A stretch of 64,000 bases of DNA from Nitrosopumilaceae archaeon (lineage in GTDB: Archaea; Thermoproteota; Nitrososphaeria; Nitrososphaerales; Nitrosopumilaceae), in the NCBI GenBank assembly GCA_965207375.1, contig CBDBMG010000003.1, forward strand, positions 64,001 to 128,000, written 5' to 3'. Under the pieces are notes generated by a model. That model made no database searches. It was given only the letters and a program-made list of their open reading frames with translations, and was not told where the DNA came from. Both the position numbers and the translations under genes were made by a program. Of the stretch, positions 38,547-52,400 are shown piece after piece. Each line of letters opens with the position of its first letter. Positions within the stretch are counted from its first letter, which is position 1.

Positions 38547-38798
38547 TGTGACAGGGCCTCCGAAAATCAACCATATGAGCACAAATTACACTTAGTTATG
38601 TAATAATGAATATCTCTAGTTCTAAATGGAATATCAGCATTCTGTAAGCTTTAAAAGATTCTCCATTAAATTCTGCATGTGTGGTAGAAAACCTGTGTTG
38701 TTATTTTAAAAAGATCACAAGTTATGAAAAGACAAAGTTGAAAAAATAAGGCAATTTTATGTGACTATAGATGGTTGATTTTTGCAGGCCTGGTCACA
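38547..38798. mobile_element. MITE, TGTGAC family
   Basis: tgtgacagggcctccgaaaatcaaccat / atggttgatttttgcaggcctggtcaca, flanked by TATA on both sides. Confidence 0.8.
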
Positions 38799-39659
38799 TA
38801 TAACTTACGCGGAGTACCGAGTTATTACTTAGTGGGAGTTAATAGATTCCATTCTCATAGCCATGATGGCATATGAGCAAATCAAGCAAGTTATTACAGT
38901 ACATAATAACGTTATACTGAACATATTGTAGTGAATACTAGTGATCTCATCATGGACCATCAGAACTCAGTGTTTGTTACATAACTTGAGAAGTTATATC
39001 TGTTCTCTATTTGTACTTGCTTCTTTGAAAATCAGAAGAGATGTCACTTGTCTCAGAGAGATTATCAAAAACAGTTAGTTACTGATTTAAATACACGGAA
39101 TATCCTATATACATTTCCTTAGATTTGTCTTTGTTTTCTGCATCATAAAAGTCCCAAATATAAACACTGCATTTCATATTGTTTTCAAGTACTCTGCAAT
39201 AGATCATCAAGGAGAATGAGTTGTTTCTAAAAGTATTCATTTTTCTCTGACTAGCTTGATAAATAAAATAAATCTAAGATGCTGATGGATTAGGCTGTTA
39301 AATACTTGTAACACCCAGTTAAGATTGTCAAATGTCATTACCATACCTACTAAACTGACATTGGGATGTGTGCATGTAAACCATTATCAAGTGACAGTCT
39401 GTAAATCTCCAATAATATAGTTGATTAGAAACTGTTGTTTTTCATAGACAATTCAGCACTTACGTAGCTAAATCTTTAATCCATCAAAAATCGTAAGTAT
39501 TTAGCTACACGTCAAACCTGTGTTACAAAAATTTCATCAAGTATTGAATACCAATGACTACGTACAATTGCTTGCTTGTATGTAGCTAGTACCCTTAAAA
39601 CTTGTGATTTAACCAATTAAAACTCAAGTGGTCATTGACACACATGACAAGATCTTCTA

Positions 39660-40367
39660 AATACACAGATGCTATAGTATCATGGGGTGAGCCAACTTGT
39701 GCAAGGTCATGGACATGATCATAGCTATAATAGAGCTATAATAGTTGGACTTTTGGTGTATACTAAACAATTGCAAATTAACTAAGGTAGTGAGTATTCT
39801 TGAGTGAGACTATTATACGTAAATAGCACATAATAACTCTTGCATTCCTCTTCTCATTAGCCTTTTCTCTCATCAGTGTTCTCTATAGCTGCTTTTTGCA
39901 CATAGCTACCACTCTCTCATATGCAAGTTCTTTTTATCTTCGGGCTCTCTTGGTCTCATTGTAGCCTTTATGCACGTTGTTGTGATATATCTGGGGCTCT
40001 ATTCTTTTCGTATCATTCTCTTTGCTTTTGCAGCATTGCTGTCATTTCCTGTTCGTGTTTGTATGATTCAAGAACCCATGGAAGCATTCTCTAGACAAAA
40101 TAGAGGGGTCGCCAGCATGACCATTTCTGTATTTATTTGAATGATGAACCATGGAACCATTCTCCATCAAAACAGTAGGCACATAGGATGATTGTTACCA
40201 TTTTTGTTCATTTTGCTTGATTTATGGACCATGGAGCTATTTCCCACTTGTAATAGAGGGTGGCACATGTGATGATTGTCTCGATCCATTTCCAGTTTTT
40301 CACATGGACCATGGAACCATCTCTAATTGCCAAATTGTATGGTGGGGCTCGCTCATGCTTACCCCAA
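39660..40367 (-). mobile_element. Degenerate copy of the Helitron-like family seen at 52246-53105
   Basis: Minus strand starts ttggggtaagcatgagcgagccccac and ends ggctcaccccatgatactatagcatctgt; internal ccatggaaccat repeats. Confidence 0.65.
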
Positions 40368-43237
40368 ATACACTACATATATCCTGTCTGATTCTCATTG
40401 GTAGACACTCGAACAGCATATTGAACTAGTAAAATATTAATAAGAATGAAGGGATGTTGATAATGGTATCAGTATTGGTATTGATGCAGGTAGATGTAGA
40501 TGCCAGTATATCAGTATTGGTAAAATAAATAACAATGTACTTGTGATTACATTACTTATAGCTCTTCGTACTATATTATGCATTTCACAAAGAGTTATTG
40601 TCTATAGGAAAGATATGCCAATGGAATGTTATATCAACAAATATTGGTGATCTGATGTGATAATATGAAACCAGTAAGGATGGCTTTGTGTAAAAGAAAT
40701 TGCGCATGGTATATAGTACATACATGCAAGAAAATAGGTAGCTATAATATTAATGCAGTGATACAAAGTACAGTACAAAGCAAATATTAGCTCTAACGAG
40801 TAGCTACTCATCATGGAATACCACAGAGTTCAAGGGTTAAGCTTCAGTATAACATTTCGAGGTCCTTTTTTCAATTTCTGGTCGCAAACCTGCTGCACCT
40901 TTCAGAAGTACAAACCTGTACTACATAGTAGCTACTGCAGTATTATCATACATTGAAACAACCAGGTGATCCTCTTGTATGGAGGTCTGTTAAAAAAATA
41001 AAATCACTTCGCAGTGCTCAAAAATCACACTCCTCGCACACAAAACCAAGTGCTTTAGTGGCAGTGTGTTTTGCTTTTGAAATAACCTGCCATGTGGTAA
41101 TTGATAATATCGTCATAAAACTCTTTGAAAACTTTCTGTAGTAATCACACCCAGCAGTATTGTACAAGTTTACATATACGTATGTATGTACGTACACTGT
41201 AGCTTTTTAGGCTTCTTCTGTCAAATTTCCTGAAATAGACTTGATTACATAACCAGTCTTTTCTTTATAACTGTGTGAGTTAACTGTTACTAACGTTTTC
41301 TTCAGACCAATCAATGCATGATGAAAAATATCAATGTCAGGTACAAATCTGGTACTGTAGTCCTACTTGTTTGCTATGTTCAAGCCAGGTAAAAACTGGT
41401 ACTATTGCTAAGATATTTACCTGAAAAGCTTCAAGTATTGCATGGTATCAATGCCATCAACTGTATCTTTACCAACTTATAACCTTGAGTTCTTTTTACC
41501 TTGTATTAGCACAAATATGCAGGTGACAGCCAGTACATCGCTGTTTAACTAACACAGTTTCTTATATCCAAATCAGTCAATTTCACTTGTTTGTCACTCC
41601 ATTTACTATGCACCATCCGTGGATAAAAGTGGATAAAACGGTAGTTTTAATTGTCAATCAAAAATCTTCGTATGGAGGCCTGTTAAAAGGTTGCCTTATG
41701 GAGGTTGTTAAGAAGTTGCTTTGTTCATGGATTTTATGACATGGTCAATTTAAGGATTTTATATAATTCTTTTCTGCTCTGGCTGGAATATCAGATACAT
41801 ATAAAAATTATCCTCTGATCACTGTAAAATCAATGCTGCTTTAGATCTAGCTAATCATAAACCATATCACGTAGTACTTTGTTGGGCTGAGTGATACTAA
41901 ATATGTTCACTGTGATTATTGTAACAAGAGGTAATGTGATTACTGCAGTAATATTGCAGTGGAAAACTTACTATAATAAAAAGGAGTATAGCATCATCCA
42001 ACATGTGTACCATTAATAATATTAATACTATGAAATACATGGCGATATTCTGCAATATATTGCAAATGCAATATCATTGATATCTGATATTGATATAGCT
42101 GAAATATTGCCCAACCCTAGCACTTCGTAATAGTAGGAATCAACAAGGTTTATCAAACACCCCAACAGAGCATACACTTATAAGTAGAGATGCAGATATA
42201 TGTATCGCTATAAATTATCATGATACATTAGGCAGTGATACCGTATCAATACACATATCAATATATCAAATAATGTGATATATCGATATTAAGACTATAT
42301 ACTTATAAATACAGTATTATGACTGAAGGGATTGACACAAGAAACATGGCGTCCCACTTTTACCCGCCTTGATAATATGCCTCATAATATACTTCATCCA
42401 AAAACTGACCAAAATGCATTAGTAACACTATAATAACACTGTAGAAATTCCTAACGATACGATCTGTAGAGAATTTTGGTACTTTCCAAATTTACCATTA
42501 TTTTGTTGCCTGCCAGACTGCCAATTGTAAGACCCACGAGCACTAGGAGTATGGCTTCAGATTTTTCACACAACAAAGGTTGCATCCGATTTACAAAACT
42601 TTTGCTCTGATGAAGATTCATCCATTGCACCGAAGTCCACGATGCAGCGAATCATATGTAACTGCAGGCACCTACTTGTTTACAGGTGCTTCTTAACAAC
42701 ATTCACACCTGTATTATAGCGAAATGCATTTGAAAGCATTGAATATTTTTGCCTTAAGTTGCATATATATTGCCATCCATTGTGAAGTTCACATCCTAAT
42801 AAAGTACACACACCAGCATTGCATCAGCAGGCGTATTACTAACTATGTCATGTGTGCAAGTGGCTATTTTGTGTGACTTAATAAGCAGAAGGTGCAAGTT
42901 TATTGACATGTCCTTTCGAGATTTACTCACCTTTCAATGAATATTGAAGGGAAAAGGAAAAATAATGAAGGATGAAAAATATAACATAGGCAAAATTTCA
43001 ATGTTTATCTAATGTCTTTGAGTATAATATAGCTGAATTGCCATTTTAACAAAAGTTTAGTAGGCGCCTGTAATGCTTTAGAAGGCAAGGACAGAGTGAT
43101 ATATATTCACATATTTAATTATGACTACATACGTATATACTTAAGTATGCTATAAAAAGCAAACACTCTAAAATTGAAAATTTAAAAGTGAGTAGGGATC
43201 GATCTTTCACTGCTACAAAAAATAAGGGACAAGAGAA

Positions 43238-43325
43238 CACATACATACATACATACACATACATACATACATACATACATACATACATACACATACATAC
43301 ATACATACATCAATACATACATCAA
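43238..43325. repeat. (CATA)n microsatellite
   Basis: Run of acat/atac units. Confidence 0.95.
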
Positions 43326-44577
43326 TACTGTATGTTTTTGGAAAATCCATCCTGCACATTATTTATTTTCCGTTTTGTGCCATGGAACAGTTTTTGCTAA
43401 TTGAGTATACAGTATCAAAATGCAAAAGTTTGTCCCTCTGAACCTTAGAGTCCAGGGGCATTGAACACATTATGGGTGCATACATACATGTTAGTTAGCT
43501 GGTCAGTTAATTGGTTTGTTTGTGTTGGTGTAACTTGGTTAGTATGATCAGTGGCAAGTTAGTTGTTTAATTATTTAGTTAGCTACTTAGTCATTAGTGT
43601 TAACATGCAGTTAATTAAATGCATGTGACTAGCTATAGCTACTTAGTTAGTTATAGTACGTAGTTATGTTGTAGTTAGTGCAGTGGTGTAGGAAGCATTG
43701 ATGCAATGCATGGGTGCAGGCTTCGGTATCCATAAATTTTTCTGTACAGCTGAGTTAGTCTCAGCAACTGCTGCCTGCTGGAATGTGGGGAAAACTTGGC
43801 AATTTACTGCTGTGTCCATGCAAAGGCCTTAACTCTCATGCATCTTTGCTTTTTGTGCCCAGTGGTTATGTATAACCTTTGGTTTTGCGTATAGTTGTTG
43901 AAAAATTTCGTGTATATTGTTAAAGAATTTTCGTGGGTTAAGGGTATACCCACGAAAATTTTTTAGCCTTGAAAATTTCCCGAATTACGGTATTTCGGCA
44001 TCTCAACTAAGAATACTAGTGTGGATTATGGATTGGCTTATGTAGTAAAAGGCTATTTCGGGATCTCAACTAAGAGTATACGTATTAGTGTGCATGGATT
44101 ATGCTGGTGCCCTCATGCATTTTCAAGTGTCCACATGCATTAACAGCTATATATGTTAACGTCATGAACTCCACTGTATAAAGCCCCGTATATATAGCTA
44201 CGTACATTGGTAAAATATAGCTATAGCTATACAGTGATAGAGTGTCACTAACTTAGCTATATATGTGACTGTCTCTGCAAAAACCAGCCTAGTTCGCACT
44301 AAAATTTAAATCAGTCATTTTTTGGCCAAGCTTATAGCTATATCCAATAGCTAAAACACCATGCATGTCTCCTATGCTTATATAGCTATACCCAATAGCT
44401 AGCCAAACACCATGTCTCCTATGGCCAGACCTAAATGGTCTGCTTTTCTGAGGGGAGGATTTGAGGTCTTGTAAAAGCATGACCGACACATTGGCACCTG
44501 TGGAGCGCACCAATTGGGCGTTATCGGCCTGGAATTCTACCCTTGATCGGAATGATGTCCCTTCGGCCTGGTTGTAT

Positions 44578-44618
44578 CATAGATTATAGAGGGAGCGAAG
44601 CGCCCTCTATAATCTATG
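44578..44618. mobile_element. 41-bp hairpin micro-element with a 7-bp TSD
   Basis: CATAGATTATAGAGGG-AGCGAAGCG-CCCTCTATAATCTATG flanked by GTTGTAT on both sides; the empty site is present in the paralogous MITE copy at ~20100-20112. Confidence 0.9.
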
Positions 44619-44716
44619 GTTGTATGGTCAGGACCATCTGGCTGTATACCCAGAGGTTTCGTTTCATTTCCGTTTCCATTCCGGTTTTATAACTTGCCCC
44701 TTGGCACCCAGGACCC

Positions 44717-44825
44717 TAGTCTGTCGTAGCCAGACTCTTTTTACCGCGCAGGGCCTTATCGCTTGCAGTATAAGTATAAGCGATAAGGCCCTGCGTGGTA
44801 AAAAGAGTCTGGCTACGACAGACTA
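44717..44825. mobile_element. AcademH-like MITE (TAG...CTA termini, 9-bp TSD)
   Basis: Almost fully palindromic 109 bp; perfect TSD CCAGGACCC (44708-44716, 44826-44834). Confidence 0.8.
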
Positions 44826-45155
44826 CCAGGACCCCGCCAGACCCTTCCACACGTGAATGCGCGTGATTGTGACGTCACAGATTGCGACGCAAAAACATGC
44901 GTAAACCTTGACTGTTTTATTAGAGCACCTTAACCTTAGTTTATCTATGCATAATATACACTTATCCTCTGTTGCACATGTATGTAGCTACAATGGTGAT
45001 TTCTATACTGGTCACAATAAAAAGAATTTTAGTCTATGGTAGCTATCTAACGAATACTTTTGGTTATAGTTTTTATACCAAAACTGATTAGCTACTTTTA
45101 GTTTTATGGTAGTTACCTGCAGCCCTAGTGGGATATAGCTATAGTACTTATGATA

Positions 45156-45329
45156 TGTGACTGGATTTTGGAAAACAGTTCCAGCATATTTCTTAGCTAT
45201 AGTTTAGTAATTTGAGCATTGAATTCCATGTAGTATTATGAAATATCTTTGAATATGTAATATTGTTTGTGTGGCAGTGATAAATATAACTAAATAAAAA
45301 TGTGTGATTTGGAACAAAATCCAGTCACA
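45156..45329. mobile_element. MITE, TGTGAC family
   Basis: tgtgactggattttggaaaa / caaaatccagtcaca; same TIR as 63511-63762. Confidence 0.75.
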
Positions 45330-45684
45330 TATTATGATGATAAAATCATTTTATGCAGTGGCAGAGGAACCTACTGAAACTCCAGGGGGCCACTTAGCTA
45401 CACTGTTAAAACAAGGGTGTGCATTTCATACCTCCATAGTACGTATATCACACCAAATGGTTACATACCCTTGGTGTGAAATATCTAGGTATGCATTTCA
45501 CACTATTTTAGCATAAAATCCATAATAACTTACCTTAATTACCACGCGGACAAGGGCGCCAAATAAGATACAAAGTGCCTGTAATTTTAAGCGCTCCCTA
45601 AAATATATGTATGTGAACGTGGACGCCACTGCAAACCTCGCTACAAACGATTCGAGGCATTTCCTTATAAACGTGGTAAGTAGC

Positions 45685-45954
45685 TAGGATCAACTGACAT
45701 ATATGCACAAACTTACTTAAAAAATTTCCGTGATCATATAAGTCAGTAGATGATCCCAAAGTTCGCCAGGTTTTAGCTAAAGAACACACTGTAGGTAGTG
45801 TACGGAATCCACATATTTACTTGTATTCCGCATTGCAATAATCACGTGATGAGTACACGGATTTCCGTATTTGCTTTACAAGCGCCCCTCTACTGACTTA
45901 TATGATCACGGAAAATTTTTAAGTAAGTTTGTGCATATATGTCAGTTGATCCTA
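45685..45954. mobile_element. MITE with ~66-bp near-perfect TIRs (TAG...CTA)
   Basis: taggatcaactgacatatatgcacaaacttacttaaaaaatttccgtgatcatataagtcagtaga and its reverse complement; no clear TSD. Confidence 0.85.
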
Positions 45955-47908
45955 AGCTATATTACGTGGCTGTGTGTTAAATACTTCACCAGTTACATGG
46001 TCTTGTAAAACAGCAACGGACGTTTCTTCTTGACAGTTGTAAAAATATTTCCATGGGTTTTCCAGTTTTCTCCGTGAATGTCACCTAGAGGAGGCCACAG
46101 CTGTACGAGTCTTGGCTTATTCAGCTTCAAATCTACATAAATCGATTCGCTGTAGCATAATGAATCCTTTAAACTTTAATTGAGCTTCATAGAGCAAACA
46201 TAGAGGTTTTTATGGGGCCTTTTGTAATTGTATGTCATCACGGCAATAACAGCGATTTAACTTGTTTTTGCATGTCGGCAGAAATTACCCCATAACTTCT
46301 AGATGCCAGCTCCTACAGAATTGAAACAAACACCAATACATTCTATATAAAACAGTGATTCTTTTAAGCTATAGTATAAGGCTTTGACTTAAGTACTTAG
46401 CTAATTGCAGGCTCTTAAAAATGATCTCGTTTTTGAAATGAAGAGAAAATGGCGAAATTTTGAAGGAGTTGGGATATCTCAGCAACGAAAAAGGTCTTTT
46501 AAAAATTCCCTTGTTTTAATTTCCCTTTGTATCAAATGTTTTCACTTGGTAGTGTTATTATAGACCTAGCCCTTCCCAATTTGCCACACATTAATTAATT
46601 AATTAATTATTTATGAGATTATTAGTATAGGTAATCACACACATTTGAGTGCAATTCGAGAATAATTGTACCAGTAACAGTCAAGTAATTGCACGAGGCG
46701 AAGCCGAGTGCAATTTGACTGTTACGTGTACAATTATTCTTGAATTGCACGAAAATGCGTGTGATTGCCTATTAATCGCATTGCACGACCTACGACGCCC
46801 ACTCTAACCTGAGGCACGCCGCTCTTTCCAATCTGAGGCACGGTCGCAAATCGTATTCCTTCCGCATCGCTTGTTTTAGCAGTTCCGCGTTCAGAATTGA
46901 CTTCTAAGACGTTAACATCGAGAAATTCTTCTACAAACTATGGAGTATTCATTGTGCCTGTAATCGTTACTTTGTTGCCATGTAAGTCGGTTACTATGAA
47001 TCCCCAGTGCTACGCAATTTCATTCGCTGTTCATTGCATCATTGTTTGTTGCACTTAAACGGCTTCCAGCAGAGTGAATTTTGGTTGGCTGTTTTACCGT
47101 GCAATTACTGAATATTACCTGTGCAATTACTGAATATTACTGTGCAATTAGAGAATAATTGCACGGCTACTAACGGCAAAATATATACAGGCTATGCGAT
47201 TATTATTGTAAACAAATAAACATTACCATTATACAATATAATAATCTCATAAATAATTAAATAATTAATTAATGTGTGGCAAACTGGGAAGGGCTAGGTC
47301 TATAATAACACTACCAAGTGAAAACATTTGATACAAAGGGAAATTAAAACAAGGGAATTTTTAAAAGACCTTTTCGTTGCTGAGATATCCCAACTCCTTC
47401 AAAATTTCGCCATTTTCTCTTCATTTCAAAACGAAATCATTTTTAAGAGCCTGCAATTAGCTAAGTACTTAAATCAAAGCCTTATAATATAGCTTAAAAG
47501 AATCGCTGTTTTATATAGAATGCAATGGTGTTTGTTTCAATTCTGTAGGAGCTGGCATCTAGAAGTTATGGGGTAATTTCTACTGACATGCAAAAACAAG
47601 TTAAATCGCTGTTATTGCCATGATGACATACAATAACAAATGGCCCCATAAAAACCTCTGTGTTTCCTCTATGAAGCTCAATTAAAGTTTAAAGGATTCA
47701 TTATGCTACAGCGAATCGATTTATGTAGACTTGAAGCTGAATAAGCCAAGACTCGTGTAGCTGTGTCCTCCTCTAGATGGCATTCACGAAGAAAACTGGG
47801 AAAGCCTCATGGAAATATTTACAACTGTCAAGAAGAAACGTCCGTTGTAGTTTTATAAGGCCATGTAACTGGCGAAGTATTTAACTTACAGCCACGTAAT
47901 ATAGCTTA
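45955..47908. repeat. Large inverted repeat (foldback): arms ~45955-46624 and ~47237-47908
   Basis: The arms align as reverse complements over ~670 bp with scattered mismatches; the right side continues as a diverged ~410-bp tandem subunit to ~48300. Confidence 0.9.
46627..47203. mobile_element. Non-autonomous element with a terminal palindrome centred on GAGGCGAAGCCGAG (Crypton-like, uncertain)
   Basis: Palindrome 46627-46773; an inverted related copy lies at 58815-58972 and a similar centre at 34740. Confidence 0.55.
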
Positions 47909-49460
47909 AAAGAATCGCTGTTCTATATGGAATAGATTGGTCTTTGTTTAAAATCTATAGAAGCTAGCATTCCGAAGTTATGGCCTGCCTTCTACTGATA
48001 TGCAAAATTTCTTTGATGCCATATTAAAATACAATTACAAAATAATGGCCATATAATTACCTCCCTGTTACTTGTATGAAATTCAAATAATGTTTAAAGG
48101 ATTTGTTATGCTACAGTGAATCGATTGATGTACGTATTAAGCTAAACAAACCGACATCACAGGAAGTGTGAGCCCGTCTTCACTGGCTTGTGAAAGGAAT
48201 TGCGTGTACGAGATAAGAAATTGTTTAACAAGAACTAAGAAAAACACACGTTGCGAAGAACTCGTGTGTCCTATGGCCTTGGAATGTGGCTTAAAAGATT
48301 CGCCTTGCTCTACTGAGTGAATTGACGTGTGTTTCAAACGTATCAGTGAATTTGTTTAAATAGTATGGAACCATTTCATTGGCATGCGTGCTGTTATAAA
48401 AGCACACGAAACAGCCGACTCAAAAATAGATGTTAAAGCTTTCCTACTTAAGCATATGGTTACAAAACAAAGCCTTTCATTATAAAACGAAAAGTACTTA
48501 CCTGTAAACACAGCCTAACTAGGCGTATTGATTCGTCTCCAAGTATAACGAATAAACGAAATTCCGTGTTACATGCGTTGCTAACACGCATACGTTGAGC
48601 AGAAAGAGATACAGCAATTTGTTCCCAGTAAATATTCCAGCCTTCCGAGTAATATATAACCTTCACTGTATCAGTCAATAGCTTGTTGGCCAGTGGGATA
48701 GTAAGATTTGATCCCAGGAGAATGTTTGGCTAGAGGTAACGATGACTACTCTATTAGAGAGTTTTCGTAAGTGAAGATCCATGATTGCTCCGCTTTTAGT
48801 TCCTGCCCTCAGCATTCTATAGATATGTCAGGTAACATGCATAGATAACACACTCTCCTTTAGAGATCTGATTATTTTCGAAAACAATTAGTTATAGGTT
48901 ACTATCCTAAGATCCATATACGTAGGTTACATCCTTCACTGGAAACTGGCTTATTAGTTATATTACTTAGTTATATTACTCAATAAAAGGGTACTATATC
49001 CTTACCTTGAATATTTGAAACAGAGGAAACGATATATCAAAAAATATCGTAGTTCAAATACATTTGTAATTGTAAAGCAGCTAGCTATTTATACCAACAG
49101 TTGATAATTGATGAAAACAATAAATTATAGCTATCAAAAATATTGTAGTTCGAATACATTAGTAATTGTAAAGTAGCTAGCTGGTTATACCCAATTGCAA
49201 TGTGTGATAATTGATGCTTTAATTGTACATCCCTTGATTTTATATACGTATGGTTATGTAGTCCGCAGGCTAGAAAAAACAATAATAAAAGAAATGATGA
49301 ATGTGATTTTTTTATTTTGATCACAAATCATTTTAAGTCCGTACCACTTACAACCTGGCTTTGAATATGGAAATGTACATTCGTCCCAGCACTAATAGAC
49401 AATGCAAAATGTCCCCCCTAATACAAAAGCATTCAGTAGAAATGTTTATCCACATCACTC

Positions 49461-52400
49461 ACCAGTTATTACGTATTGTGAATCACTGGAGAAAGCACAA
49501 TCCCAAACCCATTTCTTATTAGTGCCCTTCCTCAATGTATTCCGCTCGGTGAAATCAGCAGTTGACCATATTTTACATGAACCATCAGCCGAGGTGGTAG
49601 CCAACAAGCTGTAAAGAAGAGACATACCAAAATGATATCCTGACATCTGATGGTCAATGACCCATAGGTATGAGTTGCACCTAGTACTGGGCAAGAACCG
49701 GGTAGCACACCATAACCACCCTGCACCATGAAACTGATTGTGAGGTATTTTCATATTGATGTTATCTAGAAATATGGCCAAGCTGTTGATGATACTGCCA
49801 TTTCAGTATCACGATTGATACTCTGTATAGAAATAACACTATTTGCAAGAATTAGTGTGTTTTAGTGTTTTTATAACAACACATCCATCCTTTTGTATTT
49901 CCTAAGGTCCGGTGGCTGACTGGCTACTGCCCCCTTAGCCCCCCTAAATCTGCCACTGCTATATTGTCATTTTGATTTTTGATGCGCAGGTGCAAGGCCC
50001 TATTCAACAGCTATTACGATAGTTAAGATCACAACATTGATATTTATAATATCACTCAAATGGTAGTATTGGTTGTAATATGGACACCTTGGGACCAACC
50101 ATCAAGGTGTCTTGATTTTTCAAGTTAGCTTATGTACTAAAGGCTACTTTCAAGAAGTTATTACACATTCTAATTATATGTGTATATGCCTTTATAAGTA
50201 AAGAAAATTCCATCATTTGTAAAATAATTATTCATAATTTAATAGTCTAGATCTTCTGACCATTGTAACCAAACTATTTAATTTATCACAACATTACCTT
50301 TGGCTCCATTGATATTATACTTCCTTATATGGTCATAGAACTTATTCATTATTAGTAATGACTGACTATAAATACACAGGGCGCCATAAAATATACCACT
50401 GACCATCCCATTGTTATTGAATCAATGTAATGGCTTATAAAGATAGTAGGTTATATAATACATGGCTTCAATGTGAGTACGGTAAGATAATCTATGTATT
50501 AAGTATGTGGTGCCTTTTTAAAAACACACACACACACGACATGCGTGGAACACACACACGACACATGCATGGAACACACACACAACACATGCATGGAACA
50601 CACACAAAGAGTAAAACTGTCTACACCTGTTCGTGCTGTATACTACCAAATAAACATGATTACTGGGTCCCTATTATTCATTGGTATACTTGTCACCACA
50701 AGTATGGCTTCACAACAGTGCTCTTTTATATTTATTGTGGGTTAGAATGGCTTCAGTTTATGCATGTGTATGCAGAGTGGTGTGATGGGTTAATTTGAGG
50801 ACAAAATGTTTGTGTGCTGATTTTGCAGTTTATTCCAATCTTCTAATACACACAATGATACAGTACCTCTTGACCACCACAGCCAATCCATGAAAAACCT
50901 TTTGTGGCATACACAATGTACAGAATTTGGCTTTAGTGTTGGTGATTGTAAGGGGGCCTGGACCCCTGTTGAAAAGTAAGTTGCAATGAAACATTATGGT
51001 ATACATTGGTGCTGTTAAATTTAACATTTCTAGCAGTCTAGCATGGCTTTCTAGGACATCTTATTTAGAGGAGCAAACACAAATTTGTAATTTCTAAGTG
51101 AAATAGTTCCTTGGTCCCCTATATCAGGGACCTCATTCTAACTAAAGCCCCCCCTGTAGAATTGCCACTGATTGTACCACAAGTATTTAGTATTTATTAA
51201 TCACAATTTATGAAATTCTCAAATCTCACCTGGAGTCTGGGCTGAAGAGGCATTTCAGGGCATATTTTGGGTGAGCAATGATCCTGGTACGAGGGTTGAG
51301 CAATATCGGTGATTCCCCCACGCCGCCAGACAAACTCCACACAAAACACGTCCCCTACAAAAATACCATCATGATTGTAAGAATACAAGAAAAACCTATT
51401 TGATTTCTGGGGTACACTATTATTTGTGTGTGTACATGCATGTACAGTTGGGAGTTAAAGTGCCGTACTTTCTTGAGGTATTAATACAAAAACTGCACAC
51501 CCACCTTACTATTGACAGCAGCAAGGTACGCAGCATCGGGGTCAATGCTGACACTATGTATGGCCACATCAACTTCTGGTATCTATGGTAACAACAGCCC
51601 ATCATCATAGATGAATTATAAATTTCCACATAAAGACGTACATAAGTACATAGTCCAATGCTCTATAAAAACTATTATGACATTTTTACAAGTTAAAGAT
51701 CGTGTACATCTTTGTTAAAAACAGGTCAGGATTAATTTGATCAGATGTGTCTCATTATATCTGGACAAAGCTCAGCTACAAAGCATTTATTTACAATGTC
51801 AAATAAGACAAATATACCATCAGCGAACATACATACCACTTTACTGCTGGTGTCTCCGACAAGGTCCCAGAGGTGCAGCGCACCGGTTTGATCCCCGACA
51901 ACCAAAGCTGCCTGATTGGGATGAAGGCAGACACAGTTGATGGGAGCATTAGCCTGGAACAATTTCTGGCACTGCATATTACGTGACCTACAGAAATAAA
52001 AGCAGTAAGATCAAGCCTTTATCATTTGCTTTCTTTAGCACCCAGATTAATATCCTCATGCCCAGATAGACTCCATACATGTCAGGACTCAGGATAAATT
52101 AATAATATGTTCAAAATTGTGTTTCTTGTATTCTTACGATCATATTATTTCATGACGGTATTTTTATAGGGGATGTGTTTTGTGTGGAGTCATGAGGATG
52201 CTAAAGAAATCACCAATTCACTGTGTGAATAAAAGCAAGAGTTCATTGGGGCGAGCCTGAGCGAGCCCCACACTAGCGAGTCGCCCCCTCAAGATTGGTG
52301 TTATCGACCATGCACAAAAAATTACGACAAAAATTGGGTAACTTACGCATGCGACGAGAATTCAACGGCATAGATTACAGCGCGTCCTTGTGTAATCGTC

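Noticed and set aside
42605-42640. CTGATGA...GAA hammerhead-like core (also ~60289)
   Set aside because: Stems II and III do not form, and the motif is not kept in the related repeat copy near 7280.
48460-48820. Exon-like segment ending in CAG|GTAAGT
   Set aside because: No recognisable protein in any frame; it is not the missing MLST8 or TRAF exon.
38445-49461. In-frame MLST8-TRAF chimeric gene
   Set aside because: The last MLST8 donor is phase 1 and the first TRAF acceptor is phase 0; no convincing bridging exon was found.
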